Shown here one piece after another: positions 45,181 through 56,624 of a DNA stretch of 64,000 bases; the stretch's first letter is position 1; every line of letters starts with the position of its first letter. The translations under genes were made by a program, and so were the position numbers. The stretch covers positions 26,216 to 90,215 of the forward strand of contig CAXGPR010000002.1 in NCBI GenBank assembly GCA_964011675.1, read 5' to 3'. The notes beneath the pieces are model-generated. The model made no database searches. It was not told where the DNA came from and saw only the letters and a list, made by a program, of their open reading frames with translations. Source of the DNA: an uncultured bacterium. GTDB taxonomy: Bacteria; Latescibacterota; UBA2968; UBA8231.

Positions 45181-46340
45181 GGGGTAGACTCGACTGTGAT
45201 AAAACCCATTTCTGACGGTTGTATCTGTAGCCCATCGACCATAAGAGTACCTCCGGCAGCTACTCTTTCGCCTGGGTTGAGGCCATCTGAGATCAGAAAG
45301 AGTCCGTCGGGGAGTTCAAGACCTATCGATACCAAACGCCGAGTGAGAAATGCGTTTCCCTCCTTCTCTTCAACCACGTATGCATACGTGGTTCCAGCGA
45401 ACGACCGCAATGCGTTTTCGCTGACCAAAACGCCGCGAATCTTTCTGGTGGTTAGCAGCTTAATAGACGCCAATGCACCAAACGAGCGACGGACTCTGTT
45501 AGGAGCTTCTAACTCAACGATATATCGACGTGACTGAGGGTCTGCTAACTGCGTAAATGAGCGCAGGGTTGTTTCGAATGGCGCGCTGCCATCGCTGGGT
45601 GTGACGAGTCCTGGAAGGCCTACCTCTAACCACAGAACTTCTTTAGCGGAGACGTTCGCGCGTACGATTAGGGTATCAGTGCTAGCTATGTGCACAAGTG
45701 GATGACCTGCTGCTACAGTTTGACCAACCTCGCCGCGTATAGCTGAGATCTCGCCACTGAACGGTGCTTGCAGCACTGTTTTCTTGAGATCTAATTGCGC
45801 TATTTTTAACGCCGTTTTTGCTGATCTCTTGTGCGCATTGGCGCTGTCCTTATCAAACGTGGCTCGCTGCAGCTCTTCTTCTGTCGCCGTGTCATCTCTG
45901 TAGAGTCTGTTTATGCGTTGCCAAGTTTGATTTGCCAAGAGCGCGCGGCTTCGCGCCGCGTTTAGTTCGGCGTCGCGCTGCATTCGCTGCAGCACATATC
46001 GCTGTGGGTCTATCTGAAATAAGGTGTCACCTTGACTAACGCGTGCTCCAATCTGCACTCGGCGTTCTGTTAGGACACCGCTCACTTCAGCTGAGAGAGC
46101 GGTCTGGCGATGGGGGTTCAGTGTGCCGTCGAGGTAGAGTTCGCGCGTCATGAACTTCTCCTGCAGCTGAATTACATCGACGCGCGGTAGCTCGCTCGCT
46201 TCTGTCATGGAAGGCAAAAGGAGTGCGAATAGAAAGAAGATCCGTGCCATGTGTGAAACTCGATAGGAAGCGATTAGGTGTGCGAAAAATACATTTAGAC
46301 CAATTGACGATATTCTAAAAGCGGTAGATAATTCAAGCAC
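45177..46340 (-). CDS. RND efflux periplasmic adaptor subunit (HlyD/MFP family)
   Basis: It has coiled-coil and beta-barrel MFP features. The likely start is the internal Met at ~46250 (MARIFFLFALLL signal). Confidence 0.8.
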   Translation of the reverse strand: MLELSTAFRISSIGLNVFFAHLIASYRVSHMARIFFLFALLLPSMTEASELPRVDVIQLQEKFMTRELYLDGTLNPHRQTALSAEVSGVLTERRVQIGARVSQGDTLFQIDPQRYVLQRMQRDAELNAARSRALLANQTWQRINRLYRDDTATEEELQRATFDKDSANAHKRSAKTALKIAQLDLKKTVLQAPFSGEISAIRGEVGQTVAAGHPLVHIASTDTLIVRANVSAKEVLWLEVGLPGLVTPSDGSAPFETTLRSFTQLADPQSRRYIVELEAPNRVRRSFGALASIKLLTTRKIRGVLVSENALRSFAGTTYAYVVEEKEGNAFLTRRLVSIGLELPDGLFLISDGLNPGERVAAGGTLMVDGLQIQPSEMGFITVESTP

Positions 46341-46376
46341 GCGTCCCCCAACGCTTGTATGATGCCCTAGTATGAG

Positions 46377-48017
46377 CTACTTATACCGTTTCATTTGGCC
46401 AATCTGTAGTCGATTCCAGTACTCGTTGAGTCTATCTTTTATCTGCCTGCTCAACAGGATACCGCCGATGATATTGGGGAAGGCCATGCTGAGAATCATG
46501 AGGTCGGAAAAATCTATCACGTTTTGGAGTTGAGTCACCGCGCCTACAAAGACGAAAAAAACGAAAAGAAGTCGAAAGACAATCATCGATCCCGTGCCAA
46601 ATAGGTATTCCCAAGCACGCTCTCCGTAGTATTCCCAAGAGATCATTGTAGAGTAGGCAAAGAGACAGATAACAATGGCCAGCACATACTCTGCTCCTGG
46701 AATAACCGAGCCAAAGGCCGTAGCCGTCATTTCAGCGCCCTTCCCCTGCAGGGCGGGGTCTTGATATACGCCCGTTAGCATGACCACGAGGGCTGTCATG
46801 GTGCATATGACGATGGTGTCGATAAAGGGGCCAATCATCGCGACAATCCCTTCGCGTGCAGCCTCTTCAGTCTTGGCCGCAGAGTGGGCTATTGCCGCTG
46901 AACCGATGCCGGCTTCGTTCGAAAAGGCTGCTCGCGTGATTCCTGTGACCATGATGCCAAGCACGCCGCCGTAAACTGCATCGCCGCTAAAGGCTTGGCT
47001 AATTACCAGTGCAAAAATGGTGGGAACTTGTTCGATATTGGACAGGATAATAAATAACGCACTCGCGACGTATAGCAGACACATAGCAGGCACTAAACGA
47101 GAGGTCACGCCTGCTATGCGTTGTATGCCTCCGATGATGACGATGCCTACTAAGATGGCTAATATCATGCCAACAAGCCAATTGTATTCTTTAAAGAAAG
47201 GGCTGAGCGTACCCAATGCCTCCAAGGTCTGGTTGGATTGGAACATGTTTCCACCACCGAGTGATCCACCTATGCAAAGCAGTGCAAATAGCATAGCGAG
47301 CGTTCGGCCCAGCGCTTTGAGCCCACGCATTTCCAGTCCCTTCTCCAGGTAGTACATGGGTCCGCCGGCCACACGTCCGTCTGGGTGGATGTCGCGATAC
47401 ATGATTGCCAGCGTGCAGGATGCAAGTTTAGAAGACATGCCGAAGATGGCGGTGATAATCATCCAGACCAGCGCGCCTGGTCCGCCCGTTCCAATGGCTA
47501 CGGCTACTCCGGCAATATTACCCAGACCTATGGTAGCAGAGAGCGCACTGGTCAACGCTTTGAAGTGAGAAATCTCGCCTGGGTCATCTGGATCGTCATA
47601 CAGGCCGCGAATCACATCGATGGAGTGGCCGAAAGCCCGTATGGAAAAGAAACCGAAAAACAGCGTGTAGTAGATACCGCCGATAAGAAGAACGCCTACG
47701 ACAAGCGGAACGCCCGTTCCAAAATCGAAGAGTAGTATGGACGCTAGGAACCCCACGGTTCCGCCTAGGATGGAATCGACTTCAGCTAACCATCCTTGAA
47801 CCCAATTGTCTTGCTCCGGTTCCTGTGCAAACGCTGGAAGTGCCGCGAATAGGGTTAGGAAAAGAGCACAGAAAGCAGGTGGAATTCGCATATGAGAGTG
47901 CATTTTTTTCTCCGTTGCTGTGCGGCTGACTATTTGTTCGATCGGGCACGTAGCGCGCTGGAAGAGTGCTCTAAATACCCATCGGGGAATGATATATAGG
48001 CTTACGTACGGGAGCAA
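46377..48017 (-). CDS. Alanine/glycine:cation symporter (AGCS family)
   Basis: AGCS-type TM topology with the conserved GGPGALVWM and GIGSAAIAHSAAKT-like motifs. The likely start is the internal Met near 47903. Confidence 0.8.
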   Translation of the reverse strand: MLPYVSLYIIPRWVFRALFQRATCPIEQIVSRTATEKKMHSHMRIPPAFCALFLTLFAALPAFAQEPEQDNWVQGWLAEVDSILGGTVGFLASILLFDFGTGVPLVVGVLLIGGIYYTLFFGFFSIRAFGHSIDVIRGLYDDPDDPGEISHFKALTSALSATIGLGNIAGVAVAIGTGGPGALVWMIITAIFGMSSKLASCTLAIMYRDIHPDGRVAGGPMYYLEKGLEMRGLKALGRTLAMLFALLCIGGSLGGGNMFQSNQTLEALGTLSPFFKEYNWLVGMILAILVGIVIIGGIQRIAGVTSRLVPAMCLLYVASALFIILSNIEQVPTIFALVISQAFSGDAVYGGVLGIMVTGITRAAFSNEAGIGSAAIAHSAAKTEEAAREGIVAMIGPFIDTIVICTMTALVVMLTGVYQDPALQGKGAEMTATAFGSVIPGAEYVLAIVICLFAYSTMISWEYYGERAWEYLFGTGSMIVFRLLFVFFVFVGAVTQLQNVIDFSDLMILSMAFPNIIGGILLSRQIKDRLNEYWNRLQIGQMKRYK

Positions 48018-48025
48018 GCTGCTTT

Positions 48026-49891
48026 TTACAGGTTTGATACCGTTTCCACGGTGAACCAGCGACCTGGCATCGGCACGCCGGGAATCTCTTCATACTGTAT
48101 GTCAGTCAGGTTGTCGATCCGTAAACGCACTTGGCCGTAAGGCATACTTCGGCTGATCGTTAGGCATGACACGCCGTAATCTTTCTCTGTTGTGTATTGG
48201 CGAAAGTCATAATGCCAACGCGCGTGCATGCCTGCGGGTAAATGGTGAGTTAAATGTATGCTGATTTGCTGGCGTGGTTGCGTGAATACATACTTGGACT
48301 CAAGACCCTCTGCTAATCTGCGCGTTTTGTTGTTCCAGGCATAGCTAAACGATGGTGAAAATGCATTCCAACGATGATAGGATAAATCGATGAGCGTACC
48401 TACAGTACGTATCTTTCCCAGATTTTTCGCTTCAAATAGCGTGTCTGACCGCACATTTTTTATGTAATCGATTAGGTTGTTTTCATAACGGGCGTACGCA
48501 TGACCCTGCAGATGTAAGTGGGATTGCAGTGTGGTTACTATAACTGCCTCATAAGTCCAAGCGCGCTCAGCGTTGAGTGATGGATTACCAATGTTCTGGC
48601 CTCGTCTTAGTTCAGATCGGGGCACGTGCTTATTGTAATTCTGTTCTGTGAAAGATGGAGCGCGAAAGGCGCGTCCTAAGCCAAGAGATAATCGTCCAGT
48701 TTGTAGCTTACGTGCTAGGCTTACAGAAGGGGAAAACTCCATGTCGTATGTATTGCTGTAGTCAACTCGTGCGCTTGTTTTGACAAGCCACTCATCAATT
48801 GGATGAGACGATTCTGCGAAAAGCGCGCCGCGTCGTTGTGCGTGTTCACCCAGATTATTGCTGTCAATCTGAAGGTAACTCAGCTCACCGCCCCAGAGTA
48901 TTTGTCCCTCTCTCCAGGGTTGAATTAAGTGCGTTTCTAAGGTCATCGATTCGTTTATATGGCGGTTTTCATAAGCGCTTGGGTTGTCGCGCCATAGAAC
49001 AAATCGATCTCGGTGTCGCCTATAGGACATTCGACTGTTCAAAAGCTTATTGGAGCGGAGACGCCTTTGATACTGTGCGTTTCCCAGCCAGATTCTAGTC
49101 CATTCCTTGGAGGGGTAAGGGGCATAGAAATCTTTTGCTCCGAAGGCCTTGTCTTCTACGCCACCGATCAACTTGAGTTCGCCTGATAAAAGCGGTAAGC
49201 GAAGCCTAGTCAACAGGTGATCAATGTCGAATTCTGTCGTATCGCGATAGCCGTCGGAGCGCTCTTTTCCGACGCTGAATGAGATATCACCCCATTCTCT
49301 CTTCCAGTTGTAACGAACTGTCGCTCGTTGTGCTACGGCGGCAACGTCGCTGTTTGTTTTTGCTTTTCCCCACAGGGAGGACAACGCAACGTGTCGCTGT
49401 GGGACAGTGTGTGGAACGAGATTAACAACGCCGCCAAATGCATCAGGACCGTGTACTGCAGAACCCGCTCCGTAAACAATTTCTACTCGCTGTAGATCCT
49501 GCGGCCTGAGGGGCAAGTTCAACGTGTGATGACCTGTTTGCGGGTCGTTCACGCGCATGCCATCTACCATCACCATTACTTGACTGTAGGTGGCACCTGC
49601 CATTTCTAAGTCGGTTTGTACTCCTATCGGGCCGCGCGTTCTCGAGTGAATGCCAGGTATTGCGTTTAAAAGTTCGGCAATACTGTGTGCTCCTATTCGT
49701 GCAATCTCTGCGCTGTCGAGCACGGCTACAAGCCTGTTAGTCCCTTGTGAACTGGGAAGACGTGAAGCGCTTACATAGATGGTATCCATCTGATAGGTTT
49801 GTCCGAAACCTGTATTAACCATACCGATCAGCAAGAGGATACACCATAAATATACTCGGCATATCGAGATAGCTTTCACTTGTTTTGCCAT
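48026..49891 (-). CDS. TonB-dependent outer-membrane receptor (BtuB-size, ~620 aa)
   Basis: It has a signal peptide, a plug domain (IAELLNAIPGI...VDGMRVND) and a C-terminal beta-barrel ending in an aromatic-rich segment. Confidence 0.75.
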   Translation of the reverse strand: MAKQVKAISICRVYLWCILLLIGMVNTGFGQTYQMDTIYVSASRLPSSQGTNRLVAVLDSAEIARIGAHSIAELLNAIPGIHSRTRGPIGVQTDLEMAGATYSQVMVMVDGMRVNDPQTGHHTLNLPLRPQDLQRVEIVYGAGSAVHGPDAFGGVVNLVPHTVPQRHVALSSLWGKAKTNSDVAAVAQRATVRYNWKREWGDISFSVGKERSDGYRDTTEFDIDHLLTRLRLPLLSGELKLIGGVEDKAFGAKDFYAPYPSKEWTRIWLGNAQYQRRLRSNKLLNSRMSYRRHRDRFVLWRDNPSAYENRHINESMTLETHLIQPWREGQILWGGELSYLQIDSNNLGEHAQRRGALFAESSHPIDEWLVKTSARVDYSNTYDMEFSPSVSLARKLQTGRLSLGLGRAFRAPSFTEQNYNKHVPRSELRRGQNIGNPSLNAERAWTYEAVIVTTLQSHLHLQGHAYARYENNLIDYIKNVRSDTLFEAKNLGKIRTVGTLIDLSYHRWNAFSPSFSYAWNNKTRRLAEGLESKYVFTQPRQQISIHLTHHLPAGMHARWHYDFRQYTTEKDYGVSCLTISRSMPYGQVRLRIDNLTDIQYEEIPGVPMPGRWFTVETVSNL

Positions 49892-50153
49892 TGTCTAATC
49901 CACTGGTTACGATATGTTCTATTTTAAGCAGAAAACAAAGCTATAACTGTGTGGTCAACTTGCCAAATATATCGTTTTCTGCTACTGATAGATAGGTGGA
50001 ATGTGCTATTGCTTGTGCGCTTTCTGCCTGCCTTGACAGACCGCGGATGCAGGTTTAAACTAGTGCTCCTGAAAGGTCTCAAATCTGGCCCAGTCACATA
50101 AATTGGGGCCGCTCTATATGGCCTCTTTTACAAGGAGATCGTTTTCTCTATTT

Positions 50154-51500
50154 ATGCAAAGCAGTCGCATTACAATAAAGAAAGGCCTTGATCTGCCGAT
50201 CGAGGGTGCGCCCGAACAGGTGGTAGGTGAAGGCGCCGCCGTAAGCCAAGTTGCCGTAATTGGTTCGGATTACAACGGGATGAGGCCGACAATGGCCGTT
50301 AAAGAGGGCGACGAAGTGGCTTTGGGCCAGTTGCTCTTCGAAGACAAAAAAACACCCGGTGTTCGACATACTTCTCCTGCCAGCGGAAAAGTAGTTGCAA
50401 TAAATCGCGGTGCAAAGCGTTTTCTTCAGTCAGTAGTTATCGAACTGAGTGGGGACGCGGAAGAGCAGTTCGAACAATTCTCCGACACAGCGCCTGATCA
50501 ACTCGGCCGCGAACAGATACGCGAGAAGCTAATTCACTCCGGTTTGTGGACAGCTCTGCGTACGCGCCCCTACAGTAAAGTTCCCTCTCCAGAAACTACC
50601 CCCCATTCCATTTTCGTCACTGCAATAGATACAAACCCATTATCTGCCAACCCGCAAGTAGTGCTGGTAGAAGGTGAAGATGACTTTACCTTGGGTATAC
50701 AGATTCTGAGCAAATTGAGTGATGGTCCCACTTATTTGTGCAAGGCGCCCGGTGCTGCTATAAGCGGTGGAGATGGGCAAGAGGTTGAGTTTGCCGGTCC
50801 GCATCCAGCAGGTCTGCCCGGGACACACATTCACTTCGTTGATCCGGTCGGGTTAGGGAAGACTGTCTGGCACATCAATTATCAAGATGTTATCGCCATC
50901 GGCAAATTATTCTCTACAAACCGACTATCCGTAGAACGCGTCATCGCACTGGCTGGTCCGCAGGTAGAGCACCCGCGTCTGGTCCGCACGCGCTTGGGGG
51001 CACGGCTTAGTGAACTGACAGCTAGCCAGTTGAAAACAGGGGAAAATCGGATCATCTCTGGTTCGATTCTCTCGGGTCGTGCTGCTGTTGGTCCGTTCGA
51101 TTTTTTAGGTCGCTACCATTTACAGGTTGCGGTTTTAGCTGAAGGACGAGAGCGCGAATTTCTTGGTTGGCAAAAGCCAGGGATTGACAAGTTTTCTGTT
51201 AAAAATGTTTTTGCATCCAAACTTTTCCCCGGTAAACTTTTCAACTTCACGACCTCCATAGAGGGCAGCGATCGAGCACTGGTGCCAATAAGCTCTTACG
51301 AGAAAGTAATGCCGCTCGACGTTGTTCCGGTTTTTCTTCTTCGTTCTCTGATAACGGGAGACACAGAGCAGGCACAGCTCTTAGGAGCGTTAGAGCTAGA
51401 TGAAGAAGATTTAGGTTTGTGTTCGTTTGTATGTCCAGGTAAGCACGAATTCGGACCGCTTTTGCGGAAAAATCTCGAACAGATCGAATTGGAAGGATAG
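50154..51500 (+). CDS. nqrA: Na+-translocating NADH:quinone oxidoreductase subunit A
   Basis: It starts with the conserved [12 protein letters not shown] placed the start at the ATG at 50154 rather than the track start at 50103. Confidence 0.85.
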   Translation: MQSSRITIKKGLDLPIEGAPEQVVGEGAAVSQVAVIGSDYNGMRPTMAVKEGDEVALGQLLFEDKKTPGVRHTSPASGKVVAINRGAKRFLQSVVIELSGDAEEQFEQFSDTAPDQLGREQIREKLIHSGLWTALRTRPYSKVPSPETTPHSIFVTAIDTNPLSANPQVVLVEGEDDFTLGIQILSKLSDGPTYLCKAPGAAISGGDGQEVEFAGPHPAGLPGTHIHFVDPVGLGKTVWHINYQDVIAIGKLFSTNRLSVERVIALAGPQVEHPRLVRTRLGARLSELTASQLKTGENRIISGSILSGRAAVGPFDFLGRYHLQVAVLAEGREREFLGWQKPGIDKFSVKNVFASKLFPGKLFNFTTSIEGSDRALVPISSYEKVMPLDVVPVFLLRSLITGDTEQAQLLGALELDEEDLGLCSFVCPGKHEFGPLLRKNLEQIELEG

Positions 51501-51509
51501 AAGAGCAAG

Positions 51510-52727
51510 ATGAAGCTGCTGCGAGACTTATTGGATCAAGCCGAACCGCTTTTTCACAAGGGTGGGCCCTTGGAAAAAGGATACGCGCTGTATGAAGCCG
51601 CTGACACTTTTCTCTATACTCCGGGGAAAGTGACAAACGGTCCAACGCACGTGCGAGATAGTATCGATCTTAAACGCACGATGATAATGGTTGTTGTCGC
51701 TTTGCTTCCCTGCATATTCATGGCTTTTTGGAATACCGGATATCAAGCCAATCTTGCGATGCAAGAAATGGGTCTTACCACAGCTGGAGGTTGGCGTGGT
51801 GTGGTCATGGACATTATCGGACTTGGCTACTCACCATCGAACTTCATCGTAAACATGATACACGGAGCGCTCTACTTTCTTCCCGTCTTCATCGTGTGTA
51901 ACGCTGTTGGTGGCTTGTGGGAAGGGCTTTTTGCTACCTTACGTGGTCATGAAATCAACGAGGGCTTCTTGGTTACTGGTATGTTATTTCCGCTGACTTT
52001 ACCACCGACCATTCCTCTATGGCAGGTTGCCGTGGGTATTAGTTTCGGTGTTGTCGTCGGCAAAGAAGTCTTCGGTGGCACAGGTAAAAACTTCCTTAAC
52101 CCTGCATTGACAGGTCGCGCTTTCCTCTACTTTGCATATCCTGCTGCAATTAGTGGAAATGCTGTTTGGGTTGGTGCTGATAGTTACACAATGGCGACGC
52201 CCTTGGGTGACGGGGCAGAAAGTGGTATGAGTGCCGTTCGTGAATCCATGTCTTTGATGGATGCATTTTTGGGGGTAATTCCTGGGTCTATGGGAGAGAC
52301 TTCTGCACTGGCTTGTCTCATCGGCGCCGCAATACTGATTGCGACTGGTATAGGTTCATGGCGTATCATTTTGAGCATGACACTGTCAACATTTATTTTC
52401 GCTGAACTGCTACACATGATCGGTAGTGACACCAATCCCATGTTTGAAATGAACGGGTTGTGGCATATGGCCGTTGGCAGCTTCGCTTTCGGTTGCGTTT
52501 TCATGGCTACAGACCCCGTATCGTCGTCTATGACAGAGAGAGGTCGCTGGTTTTACGGTGCATTAATTGGCGTTATGACAGTTCTTATCCGAGTTATAAA
52601 CCCTGCGTTTCCAGAAGGGGTTATGTTAGCCATCCTATTCGGTAATGTTTTTGCTCCGGTAATTGACTACGTTGTTGTGAATGCCAATATTAAGAGGCGT
52701 CTGGCTCGCACAGTCGTTAGTGGTTAA
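51510..52727 (+). CDS. nqrB: Na+-NQR subunit B
   Basis: Its polytopic topology and position in the operon match NqrB. Confidence 0.9.
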   Translation: MKLLRDLLDQAEPLFHKGGPLEKGYALYEAADTFLYTPGKVTNGPTHVRDSIDLKRTMIMVVVALLPCIFMAFWNTGYQANLAMQEMGLTTAGGWRGVVMDIIGLGYSPSNFIVNMIHGALYFLPVFIVCNAVGGLWEGLFATLRGHEINEGFLVTGMLFPLTLPPTIPLWQVAVGISFGVVVGKEVFGGTGKNFLNPALTGRAFLYFAYPAAISGNAVWVGADSYTMATPLGDGAESGMSAVRESMSLMDAFLGVIPGSMGETSALACLIGAAILIATGIGSWRIILSMTLSTFIFAELLHMIGSDTNPMFEMNGLWHMAVGSFAFGCVFMATDPVSSSMTERGRWFYGALIGVMTVLIRVINPAFPEGVMLAILFGNVFAPVIDYVVVNANIKRRLARTVVSG

Positions 52728-52739
52728 AGGGAGGTTAAC

Positions 52740-53528
52740 GTGGCACAAGATACAGTAGGAAAAACGTTTGGTGTTGCACTTGGTGTTTGTTTGGTGTGCT
52801 CTATTCTCGTTTCGGCTGCCGCAGTGTCTCTCAAGCCCACACAAGAGGAAAACAAGGCGTTAGATAAGAAGCGCAACATCTTGATGGCCGCTGGTCTTTT
52901 GAAGGCAGGTGAGAGCGCAGGGGCTGATCGAGTCATTGAGTTGTATGAAAACGTGCAAGCGCGTGTCGTTGACCTATCGACTGGAAACTACACGGACGTT
53001 GACCCCGATGTATTTGACGCGCGCAGGGCTGCTCTTGACCCAGAACAAAGCGAAGAAATTCCGCTAGACAAAGACTTGGCGAAGATTAAGCGTCGAGCCA
53101 AACTGTCAGATGTGTATGTCATTTCTGAGGGAGATCGAGTAAGGAAAGTAATCGTTCCAGTGTGCGGAAAGGGTTTATGGTCGACGCTCTACGGCTTTTT
53201 GGCTCTAGATACTAAAGATCTCAACACAATTCGGGGTTTGGTATTTTATGAACACCTTGAGACTCCTGGGTTGGGAGGGGAAGTGGATAATCCGAACTGG
53301 AAGGCTCTCTGGGACGGAAAGAAAGCGTATGGCGATGATGGTGAAGTAAAAATTGATGTGCTCAAGGGAAAGGTCGTGCCCGGTAATCCTAATGAGCAAT
53401 ACCAGGTTGATGGGCTGTCTGGAGCGACAATAACTGCGCGCGGGGTCAAATACATGTTGGAGTATTGGTTGGGCGAAGAGGGTTTCGCTTCTTACCTCGA
53501 TAGACTTCGCGAGCAAGGAGTAAGCTGA
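52740..53528 (+). CDS. nqrC: Na+-NQR subunit C
   Basis: It has a single TM and an FMN-binding-domain region ([11 protein letters not shown]). Confidence 0.85.
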   Translation: MAQDTVGKTFGVALGVCLVCSILVSAAAVSLKPTQEENKALDKKRNILMAAGLLKAGESAGADRVIELYENVQARVVDLSTGNYTDVDPDVFDARRAALDPEQSEEIPLDKDLAKIKRRAKLSDVYVISEGDRVRKVIVPVCGKGLWSTLYGFLALDTKDLNTIRGLVFYEHLETPGLGGEVDNPNWKALWDGKKAYGDDGEVKIDVLKGKVVPGNPNEQYQVDGLSGATITARGVKYMLEYWLGEEGFASYLDRLREQGVS

Positions 53529-53529
53529 A

Positions 53530-54156
53530 ATGGCTGACAAGGCGAAAGACGTACTGTTCAACCCGCTTTTCAATGACAATCCGATCGCATTGCAAATTCT
53601 GGGAATTTGCTCGGCACTGGCCGTGACGACCAAAATGGAAACGTCGATCACAATGTCTTTGGCTGTAATGTTTGTCTTGTCAATGTCGAACACAGCTGTG
53701 AGTTTGATCCGCAACATTATTCCTAACAGCATACGTATTATAGTGCAGATGACTATAATTGCATCTCTTGTGATTATCGTTGACCAATTTTTACGTGCTT
53801 TCGCTTTCGATACGAGCAAGCAACTTTCTGTTTTTGTTAGCCTCATCATTACCAATTGTATTGTTATGGGACGTGCAGAAGCATTTGCTATGAAAAACGG
53901 CCCTGTGATGAGTTTTATGGACGGTTTAGGGAATGCCATAGGGTACAGCGCGATTTTACTTGTCGTTGGATTTTTCCGTGAACTGTTTGGTTCAGGTAAG
54001 TTATTTGGTGTAGAGATGTTTACTCTGTCGACTGAGGGCGGTTGGTATGAACCCAATGGTATGATGCTGCTGCCTCCAAGCGCTTTCTTCCTAATTGGTT
54101 TTATTATTTGGATATTGCGCGCGATTAAGACCGAACAGATTGAAGAGGAAAATTAG
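53530..54156 (+). CDS. nqrD: Na+-NQR subunit D
   Basis: It is an NqrD/RnfA-type membrane protein. Confidence 0.9.
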   Translation: MADKAKDVLFNPLFNDNPIALQILGICSALAVTTKMETSITMSLAVMFVLSMSNTAVSLIRNIIPNSIRIIVQMTIIASLVIIVDQFLRAFAFDTSKQLSVFVSLIITNCIVMGRAEAFAMKNGPVMSFMDGLGNAIGYSAILLVVGFFRELFGSGKLFGVEMFTLSTEGGWYEPNGMMLLPPSAFFLIGFIIWILRAIKTEQIEEEN

Positions 54157-54159
54157 ACG

Positions 54160-54768
54160 ATGGAAGTTTATCTGAGCATTCTCATGAAGTCGATCTTTGT
54201 CGAGAACTTGGCGCTGTCTTTTTTCCTCGGTATGTGCACATTCTTAGCAGTTTCAAAGAACGTGAGCACGGCATTTGGTTTGAGCATCGCAGTCATAGTC
54301 GTTCAGTTGATAACCATACCGGCCAACAACTTGATTTATCAGTATTTGCTCAAAGAAGATGCACTGGCTTGGGCTGGACTCACTGGGGTCGATTTGACGT
54401 TTATCGGCCTCATCAGTTACATCGGCATAATCGCTGCAATGGTGCAGATCCTTGAGATGTTTCTCGATCGGTTTGTGCCTGCACTATACAATGCTTTAGG
54501 TATATTCTTGCCATTAATAACTGTAAACTGCGCTATTCTTGGTGGTTCATTATTCATGGTTGAACGGGATTACAATCTGGCTGAAAGCGCAGTATTTGGT
54601 TTGGGATCTGGAATCGGATGGGGATTAGCGATTGTAGCCCTTGCAGGGTTGCGTGAGAAAATGAAGTATAGCGATGTCCCACCGCCTCTGCGTGGCTTGG
54701 GCATCACATTCATTACGGTTGGCTTAATGTCATTGGCCTTTATGTCTTTTTCCGGTATACAGCTTTAA
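54160..54768 (+). CDS. nqrE: Na+-NQR subunit E
   Basis: It is an NqrE/RnfE-type membrane protein. Confidence 0.9.
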   Translation: MEVYLSILMKSIFVENLALSFFLGMCTFLAVSKNVSTAFGLSIAVIVVQLITIPANNLIYQYLLKEDALAWAGLTGVDLTFIGLISYIGIIAAMVQILEMFLDRFVPALYNALGIFLPLITVNCAILGGSLFMVERDYNLAESAVFGLGSGIGWGLAIVALAGLREKMKYSDVPPPLRGLGITFITVGLMSLAFMSFSGIQL

Positions 54769-54792
54769 TATTGAGGAGCAACGAGTTATAAA

Positions 54793-56040
54793 ATGATTGA
54801 AATCGTATCTGGTGTAGGCATGTTCATCGCCATCGTGTTAGCGCTAGTTGCTTTAATTTTGTCTGCCCGATCTAAATTGGTGGCCAGCGGAAATGTTAAA
54901 ATCCGCTTGAATGGAGATGATAGTAAGGCTCTTTCGGTTCCAGCCGGCGGCAAGTTGCTCAACGTTCTGGCCGATAACAAAATTTTTGTCTCTTCTGCCT
55001 GCGGTGGAGGAGGTACGTGTGCTCAATGTAAAGTGCATGTTCATGATGGCGGTGGCGACATTCTGCCGACAGAATTAACGCACATATCAAAGGGCGAGGC
55101 GCGTGACGGTTTGCGGTTGTCATGCCAAGTCAATGTGAAGCAGGACATGGAAGTTGAAGTGCCTGCTGAGTTCTTTTCGGTCAAGAAGTGGGAATGTGAA
55201 GTAGTCTCCAATGAGAATGTTGCCACTTTTATTAAAGAATTTGTTGTTCGTTTGCCAGAAGGCGAAACACTCGATTTTGAGTCTGGCGGTTACATTCAGA
55301 TAGAAATACCGCCTTATGAAGCAAACTACAGTGACATTGAAGGTATCGAAGATCGTTTTAAGCCCGATTGGGACCGATTCAATGTTTGGGATTTTAAAGC
55401 TGTTAATACTGAGACTGCGGTTCGTGCTTACTCAATGGCTAATTATCCTGCTGAGGGTAACATTGTTATGCTTAATATCCGCATCGCTACTCCTCCCCCT
55501 GATCGTTCGTCGCCTACGGGCTGGAAGCAAGTACCGCCTGGTATTGCATCTTCGTACATATTTAGCCGTAAACCGGGGGATAAAGTGACTATATCGGGCC
55601 CCTTTGGAGAATTTTTTATCAACGATACGGATCGCGAGATGGTTTACATAGGCGGTGGCGCGGGTATGGCTCCACTCCGCTCGCACATCTTCCATTTGTT
55701 TCGTACATTGAAATCGGGTCGCAAGGTATCGTATTGGTATGGGGCAAGAAACCCTAATGAAGTTTTTTACGAAGATCATTTTCGCAAGATCGAAGAAGAG
55801 TTCCCCAACTTCAAATTCAACATTGCCATGTCTGATCCGCGTCCGGAAGATAATTGGACCGGATATGTGGGGTTTATACATCAGGTGGTTCACGATAATT
55901 ATCTTAAAGATCATGCGGCTCCTGAGGATATTGAATATTACATGTGCGGTCCACCGATGATGTCCCAATCTGTATTCAAAATGCTTGATGATCTAGGTGT
56001 TGAGGAAGAAATGATTCGTTTCGATGATTTTGGTGGTTAG
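54793..56040 (+). CDS. nqrF: Na+-NQR subunit F (2Fe-2S ferredoxin plus FAD/NADH reductase)
   Basis: It has the cysteine cluster [10 protein letters not shown] and a C-terminal FNR-like module. Confidence 0.9.
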   Translation: MIEIVSGVGMFIAIVLALVALILSARSKLVASGNVKIRLNGDDSKALSVPAGGKLLNVLADNKIFVSSACGGGGTCAQCKVHVHDGGGDILPTELTHISKGEARDGLRLSCQVNVKQDMEVEVPAEFFSVKKWECEVVSNENVATFIKEFVVRLPEGETLDFESGGYIQIEIPPYEANYSDIEGIEDRFKPDWDRFNVWDFKAVNTETAVRAYSMANYPAEGNIVMLNIRIATPPPDRSSPTGWKQVPPGIASSYIFSRKPGDKVTISGPFGEFFINDTDREMVYIGGGAGMAPLRSHIFHLFRTLKSGRKVSYWYGARNPNEVFYEDHFRKIEEEFPNFKFNIAMSDPRPEDNWTGYVGFIHQVVHDNYLKDHAAPEDIEYYMCGPPMMSQSVFKMLDDLGVEEEMIRFDDFGG

Positions 56041-56082
56041 TAAGTGGTGGCATTTATTACCATAAAAACCGGAAATAATTGA

Positions 56083-56301
56083 ATGACTTTATTAATTGCA
56101 GCATTTGTTGCTTTCGCATTAGTTATGGTAGCAATGGCCGTGGGCGTGATTTTTTCTGATAGGCAGATTAAAGGTTCGTGCGGTGGCCTTAGTTCAATGA
56201 GCGATCGCTACGGACAGCCTATGTGCGAGTGCGGTGCAAAGCCTGGTTCATGTGGCGAAGAAGAAAAAAAGTCGCTCGAGATGGTCGTAATGGGCAACTA
56301 A
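56083..56301 (+). CDS. nqrM: (Na+)-NQR maturation factor NqrM
   Basis: It is a 72-aa single-TM protein with the conserved cysteine motif GSCGGL...CECG. It lies immediately after nqrF. Confidence 0.65.
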   Translation: MTLLIAAFVAFALVMVAMAVGVIFSDRQIKGSCGGLSSMSDRYGQPMCECGAKPGSCGEEEKKSLEMVVMGN

Positions 56302-56322
56302 CAGCGATTAAAGATTGGGATC

Positions 56323-56358
56323 AGAGCGGCGGACTCGTGTCCGCCGCTCTTTTTTTTC
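56323..56358 (+). terminator. Rho-independent terminator after nqrM
   Basis: It has a perfect 11-bp GC-rich stem (agagcggcgga / tccgccgctct) with a 6-nt loop, followed by T8. Confidence 0.75.
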
Positions 56359-56375
56359 ATGGCGATAAGGTGTCT

Positions 56376-56624
56376 ATGGGAAAGCGCGAGAAGACTAAAA
56401 TTTTATCTTCCTATGCTGAATCCAGTCGTTATATGGGTATGGGTATACACTTTGCGCTTACGACGCTGCTTGGTGCAGGGGGAGGTTGGTGGCTGGACCG
56501 CTCAATTGCAACTCTACCTTTTTTCACGTTGGTTGGTCTGTTAGCAGGCGCATGTGCTGGATTTTACCACTTGTATGTAAAACTGATGGAAATAGAAGAC
56601 AGAGAGCGGAGTGCAGAGAAATGA
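56376..56624 (+). CDS. atpZ: AtpZ/AtpR-like small membrane protein (putative F0F1-ATPase-associated subunit, ATPase_gene1-like)
   Basis: MGKREKTK...YMGMGIHFALTTLLGAGGGWWLDRSIATLPFFTLVGLLAGACAGFY matches the family pattern. An ATGA overlap links it to the next ORF. Confidence 0.55.
   Translation: MGKREKTKILSSYAESSRYMGMGIHFALTTLLGAGGGWWLDRSIATLPFFTLVGLLAGACAGFYHLYVKLMEIEDRERSAEK

Noticed and set aside
49892-50153. A cobalamin or TPP riboswitch in front of the BtuB-sized TonB-dependent receptor.
   Set aside because: I could not find the B12-box (GCCACTG), the GGTGAAA-TCC core or the TPP CUGAGA / ACCUGAUCUGGAUAAUGCCAGCGUAGGGA elements on the receptor strand by eye. This needs an Infernal scan before it can be asserted.
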